Under the pieces are notes generated by a model, which did not search any database, was not told the DNA's origin, and saw nothing but the letters and a program-made list of their open reading frames with translations. A stretch of DNA of 64,000 nt, taken from contig JBHGNT010000005.1 in the NCBI GenBank assembly GCA_043228905.1, forward strand, positions 9,548,001 through 9,612,000. Direction: 5' to 3'. Origin of the DNA: Azolla caroliniana. Lineage: Eukaryota; Plantae; Polypodiophyta. A program made the translations under genes and the position numbers. Shown in pieces: positions 1 to 7,933 of the stretch; position 1 is the first letter of the stretch, and each line of letters opens with the position of its first letter.

Positions 1-1323
1 AAGGGTAATCTTCTCAGAGGGTGAATCAACCGAGTTCATATCCATAGAAATATATTTATTACAATGCGCTAATAAGTTGTTGAATGCAAGCGCGGCTATT
101 GAGAGGGTTGGATACTTTGACCCACTCAAGTAATTACAAATTTTAGCAGGCACAAGCAACCATTGTTCCATACTTTGTATATGACTCCAATCTTCTATGG
201 AGAGTGTATGGTCCACAAACTCATTAGCAATGGCATTGTCACTTGTGGTACAAATCAAGACATCTCTTAATTTTAGGGATTGTTGATACATTATTAGGGT
301 TGAATTCCATCTAGTAATGCAATCTACACATGGTGGTTCATGTTCTCCATTCTCATGCATGGTTTTTGAATATTTTTTAAATATAGCTCTACTCACTTTA
401 CTTGTGCGTATAGAATGTAATGTCTTCCTTAACTTCATAGTAGAAGGAGTAATAACTTCTAATGCAGACTTTACACCTAGTTGATATGTATGCACCATGC
501 ATCTTAACATATGTGATGATTGTAAAATGTCTTGTCCATGATGACTAAGTAATAACCTAGCTAATTCTTTTGATGCAACTAGAGATTCACTAGCACCATC
601 AGAAGTTGTAGATAGAAGACGTGAAGAGATACCAAATGATTTTAGACGGGAGAATAAAGCTTTTCCGACACGTTTTCCTACCCCATCTCCCGGAAAGACA
701 TCTAGGAAGTCTAAAAGCACACTAGTCGGCTTAGTAGACTCGAAACAAACAAAATGTAAAGTCATGGGATAAAATCCTTTCAAACTATTGTTTGTCCACC
801 CATCAAATGTTATAGCATATCTAAAATTTTGTGAGGACAAATAAGTGATAACTAAATGGCGAAGAACAACATACATTCGTAACACTAATCTCTTAAGTGT
901 ACGAGATGATTTAAGTTCATAAGTGGGCAAGACTTCATGCATTAATCTCTTAAAACTAGAAGACTCAATATGTGCATGAGGTAGCATTGATGTGACTATG
1001 TATCTAACAATAGTACTATCAAACTTCTTCTCTAGAGTACGAGATATACCTAATGTAGATGAAGTAGCATCTATGTTACTTTGGACAAGAACATTGCTAG
1101 AAGTTTGTGGTTGTGATGTGCTATTAATATTATGCTTATCTGATAAATGCTTGGCGATAGAACCTATAGATGTAGAGCTTGCCCACAACAAGTGACAATA
1201 GGCACATCGACGCTTGTATGCATCTCCATCCTTAATGGAGATCATGTGTTGCTCAGTCCATGATGTTCTTTTTCTTGCCTTTGTTTTGCCTCTAGGGGCT
1301 GATATTGATGTCGCCGACTCCAT
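1..1323 (-). CDS. hAT-superfamily transposase, 3'-partial (runs off the window; not in the ORF track)
   Basis: Hand translation from ATG 1323 gives 441 codons with no stop. It contains a BED zinc finger (W...CAYC...KHLSDKH), the first catalytic Asp (AITFDGW), the second Asp (TTSDGAS), CxxH (RCMVH), TRWNST and SKYPTLS. Confidence 0.92.
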   Translation of the reverse strand, partial: MESATSISAPRGKTKARKRTSWTEQHMISIKDGDAYKRRCAYCHLLWASSTSIGSIAKHLSDKHNINSTSQPQTSSNVLVQSNIDATSSTLGISRTLEKKFDSTIVRYIVTSMLPHAHIESSSFKRLMHEVLPTYELKSSRTLKRLVLRMYVVLRHLVITYLSSQNFRYAITFDGWTNNSLKGFYPMTLHFVCFESTKPTSVLLDFLDVFPGDGVGKRVGKALFSRLKSFGISSRLLSTTSDGASESLVASKELARLLLSHHGQDILQSSHMLRCMVHTYQLGVKSALEVITPSTMKLRKTLHSIRTSKVSRAIFKKYSKTMHENGEHEPPCVDCITRWNSTLIMYQQSLKLRDVLICTTSDNAIANEFVDHTLSIEDWSHIQSMEQWLLVPAKICNYLSGSKYPTLSIAALAFNNLLAHCNKYISMDMNSVDSPSEKITL

Positions 1324-1463
1324 ATAAATGTATGTGTGTTGATTGAGTTGGTCAGCAAAAGAGATAATGGTGGGTGCGTGTGCCTGACAATAAAATGTTG
1401 TTATATCAATAAGTGAACTTAAAATCCATTATGGATTATTAGTTTTACTTGGTTACATATGAA

Positions 1464-1648
1464 TATGAATATGGTAAAAACCTATTCATATTCATATGTA
1501 ACCAAGTAAAAACCTATTTCCTTTATGTAGATGATTATGAATATGGTAAAAACCTATTCATATTCATATGTAACCAAGTAAAAACCTATTTCCTTTATGT
1601 AGATGATTATGAATATGGTAAAAACCTATTTCCTTTATGTAGATGATT
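1464..1648. repeat. 72-bp tandem repeat (2 full copies plus 1 internally deleted copy)
   Basis: TATGAATATGGTAAAAACCTATT... recurs at 1464, 1536 and 1608. This explains the spurious repeated 65-aa ORF. Confidence 0.9.
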
Positions 1649-1914
1649 GCTAGTAAAAAGCTCATCCTATCTTTTCCAACAATAAAAATATCCTACTCTA
1701 ATCGTGAGTTATTACATTGTGCCACAATGTATGTCATATGAGGTAAAGTATTTGACTATACCATTATTCATATATGTGTATAATTTTATTGTGAATCTTA
1801 CTTCGTATATGTCTACATTGTAGACTGTAGTGACAAATGCACGCAGGCGGCAACAACAGGTTCTCGTCTTCCACTTTGTAGTATCTACTATTCAGAGTGC
1901 AGCTCTGAGCTGAC

Positions 1915-1975
1915 CTCTCTCTATCTCTCTCTATCTGTCTGTCTGTCTGTATGTCTCTCTCTCTCTCTCTCTCTC
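1915..1975. repeat. (CT)n/(CTGT)n microsatellite, left flank of the LINE
   Basis: Directly visible; the (CT)n tract resumes at 5806-5836. Confidence 0.9.
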
Positions 1976-1976
1976 A

Positions 1977-2339
1977 AAGAACATTGTCGTCCGTGGGATT
2001 AAAGAAGAGAGTATGGAAACACCCGCATCCCTTGGAAAGGCCATTGGTGAATTTTTTAGCATGCATTATGGGATGTCAGATGTGAATGTATATGGGGCAC
2101 ACCGAGTTGGGAAACATGGTGTTACTCGCTCCGGAGAAAGGCCTATTGTATGCACAATGACAGATGATACAAAGCGGCGGATCATACTCGAAAATAGTTG
2201 GGTATACCTCAAAGGTACACAATGCTTTGTGAGTGAAGATCGTACTATCTCACAACAAAATGCTCGTCGTAAAGCATATGAAGAAAGATTGAAAAACAAG
2301 GTTAAGGATGTGCCTAAAGATGGAAATGTAGGCAAATAG
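1977..2339 (+). CDS. LINE ORF1, C-terminal part (5'-truncated)
   Basis: KNIVVRGIKE...AHRVGK...RPIVC...FVSEDRT resembles the RRM/CTD region of LINE ORF1 proteins. The frame is open back to the microsatellite junction. Confidence 0.75.
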   Translation, partial: KNIVVRGIKEESMETPASLGKAIGEFFSMHYGMSDVNVYGAHRVGKHGVTRSGERPIVCTMTDDTKRRIILENSWVYLKGTQCFVSEDRTISQQNARRKAYEERLKNKVKDVPKDGNVGK

Positions 2340-2345
2340 GGACAC

Positions 2346-5300
2346 GTGATCTATGAGACTAACCCACGCCTTTTACGACTATGCTTTTGGAATTGCAATG
2401 GATACCCATGGAATGCGGGATTTGGCATAGAGGAGTTCACCAATGACTCGGATATCACACTTCTTGTTGAAACATGGGAGCATGATACTCAAAGGATTCA
2501 AGGTTTAGGAAACTATAATGTACACTCTTTGATATGGAAGAAAAATCCAAGACAAAGAAGAGGACAAGGAGGGGTGGCATGTTTGATTAAGAAGGAAATA
2601 GAGAAATATGTGTCAATCATAAAAAATGATGAAAATAAATGCTACATATGGCTCAAAATAGAAACACCTAATGATTTGCCCACTTTTGTTGTTGGATGCT
2701 ACATTCCTCATCAAGATTCTAACTTTTATGCTTGTTTGGATAAAGATCAACCGTTTGCCAATCTAAAAGATGATATTGCTTATTTCAAATCCAAAGGGGA
2801 AGTTATTGTCTTTGGTGACATGAATGCTCGTACAAGAAGTTTCCAACTTGATTCACAAGAATCTTTCATGCCACATATCTCAAGGATGCAAGAGGATATG
2901 CAAATGTATAACCGCTCTTCTAGCGATGAAAAAGATCCGGACCAATTTGGGAAACTACTCCTACAAATGTGCAATAGTACCGGATTGCTTATTGCAAATG
3001 GTATTTCCTTATGGCCCAACACTAATGGTTTTACATGTAGAAAATACAACGGAAATAGTGTGATTGATTATGTGCTACTTTCCGAAGGTATTTTGGATCG
3101 TATACATAAATTCTCACTTGGTGAATGGACACCGGAATCAGATCATAGGCCTTTATGTATTGATCTCAAATGTATGCATAGGTTTGATTGTGAGAAGGCT
3201 ATTGAAGATAATAAACAACCGCACTTGAGCATGAACCTTAAGCGAGCACCCATGTATTCCAAGATGGTTGAGGATATGTTACAAATGACAAAGATACAAC
3301 ATGGTGCCACACTAGAATGCAAATGGGAAGCTTTCAAGAAAGTCATTCTCTCATGTACAAACAAATGTTTTTCGACCAACCGCACATCTTGGAAATGCAC
3401 CAAGAAACTTAGGAAAAAATGGTTTGATAAAGAATGTCGTGAAGCTCGAAAGTGCCTTATGGTTTTGGATGTAGTTAAGGATAAAGAGAATTACCAAAAG
3501 CATTTGCATGAGTATAAAAGGCTTATTCAAAGAAAGAGAAGAATATGGGAAGTTACTCAACAATTTATCCAAACGCAAGAGAAAGCACATGCATGTGCTA
3601 AATTTTGGGGAAATCTAAAGGGAAAACGTGTTGAGAGTTATGGTGACTTAACTCTTCACGACTTGTCTATGCATTGTAAGAATTTATATGAGTTATCTCT
3701 TGCCGGAAAGATGATGTGTTATGGTTCTCTTTCACATATGCCTTCCTTCTTTACAATTGAAGATATATGCATAGGACTTAAGAAATTGGCCTCTCGAAAG
3801 GCAAGCGATCTTCAATGTATAAAGGCTGAAATGCTCAAATGGACGGGAAAGGAAGCACATATATGGATAAGCGATATGTTTAATGATGCATTGCAACATG
3901 GTATGCCGTACGATTGGACTACAAATTGGATCAAACCTTTACATAAAGGTGGAGATATAAATAATGTAAACAATTATCGAACCATCATGGTTGGCTCATT
4001 AATGGCAAAACTATTTGGATGTATAATGGAATCAAAGATAAGTGTATGGGCTGAAAAAAGTGGTAAGAGAGCTTATGGACAAGCTGGCTTTCGGAAACAC
4101 CATAGCACCATTGATCACCTTATCACCCTTCGAGTATTAATGGAGGAAAGTCGCCTTAGAGGTAAAGGTTTATATTGTTGCTTTGTAGACTTCAAGAAAG
4201 CTTTTGATATGGTACCTCGTGAGCATCTTTGGAGGCGAATGGAAGAACTTGAGGTGCCAAGTGAATATATGCTTGCAATTTCCCGAATTTATGAGAAGGT
4301 TATATGTTGTGTGCGCATGAAAGATAAACTTTCAGATTTTTTCAAAAGCACTATTGGTGTTAAGCAAGGATGCCCACTCTCACCAACACTATTTGGTCTA
4401 TGCATTGATGAATTGGAAGAAATGGTTACCAAGTTTGCAAAGGAAGAATGTGTTGAAGAAGTTGTCATTGGGAATGTTGTGATTATGCTTTTGCTATATG
4501 CAGATGACGTAGTGCTTTTTGCAAATACTTTAGGAGATGCACAAAAGCTTATGAAGGCATTGGAAAAATTTTGCATGCATACTAAATTAAGTGTCAATAG
4601 CTCTAAAACAAAGATTATGCTTGTGAAGAGCCAAAAAAGAGATAAACCATGCATTATGTACAACAATGAGCCACTTGAATGTGTGGAAAGCTTCAAATAT
4701 CTTGGCCTTGAAATTCCTTCAAATCATAGATGGAATGAATGTGCTACACGCCGCTTAGAGGCGGGCAAACGAGCATACTATGCATTTGAGAACACATGCA
4801 ATCTTGGAGATATTAAGTGTTGGGTCCTCAAGAAATATCTTTTTGACACTTTGGTGACACCAGTTCTTCTCTATGGGGTGGAAGTATGGGGCGGTAGCAT
4901 CCCTAAGTCTATGTGGAAAGAGTTTGAAAATGTCCAAAAGCATTTTCTTACCAAGTTTCTACAAGTTAAGAAACAAACGCCCTACACCCTCCTCCTCCTT
5001 GAGACGGGATCGCTTCCCATTGAGATCATGGCCATGGAAAGGGTTGTTGAATACATGCTTAAGGTTCAAAAAAGTCCCTCACATCGACTTCCTAGAATTG
5101 CGTGGGAAGCAAGCAAAAAGATCCAAAAGACGCATAAAAGCAAAATTTTGTGTTCCGGTTGGATGCAAGATATAGAAAAATGGTTTGGTAGATGGGATGC
5201 GAGACACTTGCTTCATGATGCATCATTAGATTCCTCTGTAAATGAGGCATTTTTGCAACGCCAATGTATCATGACATGGGACAAATGTGGAGGCTCACGC

Positions 5301-5720
5301 TTCACACATTATACTACACATGTTGCACCTAACTACAAAACCATATTCTTTGCGGAACGGGGAAATCGTACACATCCATACATGTTAGAGCCCATACCGT
5401 TATCTGCCATTCGAACCATTGCTTCCATGCGACTTAGCTCACATGCATTGCGATGTGAAACAGGGCGTTGGGGTACAAGTGATGAGAGTGGTCGGCTATG
5501 CACACTTTGCCCTAAACAAGTTCGCGAGTCTGAGTATCACACTTTGATACAATGCTCTGCCTTTGATCATATTCGACCATGCTTTCCACATCTCTTCGAT
5601 CGAGCCCAATCTTTGCATGAATTCCTCTCACAACCACAATGTGCACTCTCGATTGCAACATTCATTGGTAAAGTTCTTGAACATCGAGAGTCACTACTCA
5701 CTTTCACACGTATCACGTGA
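2346..5720 (+). CDS. LINE ORF2: AP-endonuclease + reverse transcriptase + C-terminal Cys/His motif
   Basis: 1124 codons. APE motifs: WNCNG, VETW, GDMNAR, IDY, SDH. RT motifs: QAGFR, DFKKAFD, GVKQGCPLSP, YADD, YLG. C-terminal CTLC..ESEYHTLIQC. There is no ATG before the endonuclease domain (GTG start in the track). Confidence 0.95.
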   Translation: MIYETNPRLLRLCFWNCNGYPWNAGFGIEEFTNDSDITLLVETWEHDTQRIQGLGNYNVHSLIWKKNPRQRRGQGGVACLIKKEIEKYVSIIKNDENKCYIWLKIETPNDLPTFVVGCYIPHQDSNFYACLDKDQPFANLKDDIAYFKSKGEVIVFGDMNARTRSFQLDSQESFMPHISRMQEDMQMYNRSSSDEKDPDQFGKLLLQMCNSTGLLIANGISLWPNTNGFTCRKYNGNSVIDYVLLSEGILDRIHKFSLGEWTPESDHRPLCIDLKCMHRFDCEKAIEDNKQPHLSMNLKRAPMYSKMVEDMLQMTKIQHGATLECKWEAFKKVILSCTNKCFSTNRTSWKCTKKLRKKWFDKECREARKCLMVLDVVKDKENYQKHLHEYKRLIQRKRRIWEVTQQFIQTQEKAHACAKFWGNLKGKRVESYGDLTLHDLSMHCKNLYELSLAGKMMCYGSLSHMPSFFTIEDICIGLKKLASRKASDLQCIKAEMLKWTGKEAHIWISDMFNDALQHGMPYDWTTNWIKPLHKGGDINNVNNYRTIMVGSLMAKLFGCIMESKISVWAEKSGKRAYGQAGFRKHHSTIDHLITLRVLMEESRLRGKGLYCCFVDFKKAFDMVPREHLWRRMEELEVPSEYMLAISRIYEKVICCVRMKDKLSDFFKSTIGVKQGCPLSPTLFGLCIDELEEMVTKFAKEECVEEVVIGNVVIMLLLYADDVVLFANTLGDAQKLMKALEKFCMHTKLSVNSSKTKIMLVKSQKRDKPCIMYNNEPLECVESFKYLGLEIPSNHRWNECATRRLEAGKRAYYAFENTCNLGDIKCWVLKKYLFDTLVTPVLLYGVEVWGGSIPKSMWKEFENVQKHFLTKFLQVKKQTPYTLLLLETGSLPIEIMAMERVVEYMLKVQKSPSHRLPRIAWEASKKIQKTHKSKILCSGWMQDIEKWFGRWDARHLLHDASLDSSVNEAFLQRQCIMTWDKCGGSRFTHYTTHVAPNYKTIFFAERGNRTHPYMLEPIPLSAIRTIASMRLSSHALRCETGRWGTSDESGRLCTLCPKQVRESEYHTLIQCSAFDHIRPCFPHLFDRAQSLHEFLSQPQCALSIATFIGKVLEHRESLLTFTRIT

Positions 5721-5775
5721 AATGTAATATTTTTGGTCTCATAGGTCATATTTGATCTCCGAAGACGATAATATA

Positions 5776-5840
<65 letters not shown>

Positions 5841-5882
5841 GTGTATAGTGTCGATGGACTCTGTCTGTCAAGAGTCCTATTC

Positions 5883-6100
5883 TATTACCTAATTACTAAT
5901 TACTAGTAATTACTATTAGTAATACCTAATACCTATTACCTAATTACCAATTAGTAATACCTATTACCTAATTATTAATTAGTAATACCTATTACCTAAT
6001 TATTAATTAGTAATACCTATTACCTAATTATTAATTAGTAATACCTATTACCTAATTATTAATTAGTAATACTTATTACCTAATTACTAATTACTAATTA
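5883..6100. repeat. AT-rich ~28-bp quasi-palindromic minisatellite in the hAT 5' region
   Basis: The unit TATTACCTAATTATTAATTAGTAATACC is repeated several times, with degenerate flanking copies. Confidence 0.85.
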
Positions 6101-6118
6101 TATCACTTAAACATCTTA

Positions 6119-6298
6119 AACGGCTTAGCCGGCTTGAGCCGGCTTGAGCCGGTTTGGTGAGGCTCAAGCCAAGCCGAGCCGAGCTCAAACCGTTAAGGCA
6201 GGCTCAAGCCTAAACCGAGCCGAGCCGAGCCGCCAAGCCGTTTTCAAGCCGGCTAAGCCAAACGGTTTAGGCTTGAGCCGAGCCGTTGCCGATCCCTA
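6119..6298 (-). repeat. hAT subterminal repeats and terminal inverted repeat
   Basis: Many GAGCC/AAGCC/GGCT motifs in both orientations, ending in GATCCCTA (6291-6298). Confidence 0.8.
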
Positions 6299-7444
6299 GC
6301 TCTTGTGGCCCATTAAGCCTTGTCATAATTGGGCTTTCTTTGAACATGTGTGTGAGCCGATCTTCGGCTTCTATCTCTATTTCAGCGGAATCTGGGTCGA
6401 GCGGAATCGAAGTCGAAGTTGTCATTGGTGCGTACCAAGATGCAGACTTGTCGAAAACGACGTCTCGACTTACTCGAGATTTTCGAGTTGAGGGGTTACA
6501 GCACTTGTACCCCTTTTGCTCCAATGAGTATCCAATGAGGATACATTTCTTCGACTTTGGTTCGAGCTTTTGTCGCTTCTCGTCGGGGATGTGCACGTAC
6601 GCAATGGAGCCGAATATCCGAACATGCGATAGGTCCGGCTTCTATCCGAAAAACTTCTCGTGCTGAGTAAGTTCGTGCACACCCGATGTCGTACACCGAT
6701 TCATGAGGTATACGGCCGTGTTAGCGGCTTCTGCCCAATACGACTTCGGCATGTGCTTTTCGTTCATCATGGCCCGTGCTACTTCGAGGATGTGCCGATT
6801 CTTTTGTTCCTTCTTTCTGTAGATACGGCGTAAATTCATCCGAGAAATATTCCTTGCCTCCATCCAATCGAAGGCACCGTACGTGCCGACTCATAGCTTT
6901 TTCGACTCCACTCTTGAATTTTTGGAAGTGTTTGAACACTTCGCTCTTTTGCCACATCGGGTAGATCCAAGTGTGCCTATAGAAGTCGTCAATAAAGGTC
7001 ACGTAGTATCGGCATCCGTCGAATGTCGTTGTTTGAGCCGGTCCCCATACATCAGAATGAATTACATCGAATACGCCTTTGCTTACATTCCTCTCCTTTA
7101 GAAATGGATGCCGATGTTGCTTGCCAAATTGGCAAGCCGCACATACGCCTTCAATCTCTCTCTCTTTGAAGGTCGGGAGTCCGATGGCGACTCCTTTCGA
7201 TTGCATTGCCTTGAGCTTTTGAAGGTTGATATGGTCAATCCACTTGTGCCATAACTCTATGTCGGACTCACCTTTCGTGCCTTTTGCGAACATGACCGAT
7301 TTCATCTCATGCAAGTCAAGAATGAACATTCAGTCCTCTCTTTTTCCGCGCGCAATGAATCGGCCCTATTTTTCGATGAAGCAACCGCCTTGATTAAATC
7401 AAACTTGCATTCCTTGCTCTACAATTTGGCCGATGGAGAGCAAA
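6299..7444 (-). mobile_element. Copia A, integrase region (degenerate), continuation of 28068-30698
   Basis: GAG-pre-integrase (LWHKWIDH..CAACQFGKQ) and integrase (HSDVWGP, FIDD, KLEPKSKKC), frameshifted. It joins 28068 across the Gypsy TSD (TITKNLL|SIGQIVEQG). Confidence 0.88.
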
Positions 7445-7879
7445 TGTTAACTCTTAGGGCCGGACAATGGCCTAACACAGGGTGTCTACGGAAGACACTT
7501 CCCCAAAGGGTGTTACGGCAACCGGATCCGCCTCAACGCTTAATCCTATTTAATTAAGTTACTTATTATGATCGTCTTTCATAACACACGCATAAGATAT
7601 AACAATTAAGACAAAACGGCAATTAACACAGAGAGATAACCACGCTTAAGCTTTCATTAATTAACCGCTAATGATTACATTGTATCTGGGCCTTTAAATA
7701 GGTTTCCGGTCTGTATTACAAAACGGTGCCATCCGCACCTGTTCGGGATCGGTCCGTATCTGGAACGGCATACCGTTTCCGGTCCGTCCGTCCACACTCA
7801 TAGCTTAATTACAACCACATTCCTACTACTTAAATAACTCTCCGTTTCCCACTCTGGACTCCTTTGCCGGCCGGTAACA
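7445..7879 (-). repeat. Gypsy 3' LTR (435 bp)
   Basis: Direct repeat of 27632-28067. Confidence 0.95.
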
Positions 7880-7933
7880 CATGGCACGCCCGTGGGACAG
7901 TACCTTGTACGTCGAATCCATAACCAACCCTTG

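Larger units (their letters stand above)
1976..5806 (+). mobile_element. 5'-truncated LINE (APE-type; RTEX/L2-like architecture) with a (TCTA)n tail
   Basis: It starts inside ORF1, has an intact ORF2 and a short 3'UTR, ends in a (TCTA)n tail at 5777-5806, and is embedded in (CT)n. Clade assignment is by motif resemblance only. Confidence 0.88.
1..6298 (-). mobile_element. hAT DNA transposon, 5' part, inserted into Copia A
   Basis: The minus-strand terminus TAGGGATCGGCAACGG at 6298 resembles Ac-type TIRs. It is followed by dense AGCCG/GGCT subterminal repeats and lies upstream of the transposase. The Copia A frame breaks exactly here (..RLNGPQE). The other end and the TSD are outside the window. 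Confidence 0.8.

Noticed and set aside
1449-1646. 65-aa ORF with an internal repeat; array superficially CRISPR-like
   Set aside because: It is a pure 72-bp tandem repeat with no unique spacers and no cas genes, in a eukaryotic context.
5883-6298. Palindromic repeat arrays as CRISPR or telomeric sequence
   Set aside because: There are no spacers, and their position next to the TIR fits hAT subterminal repeats.
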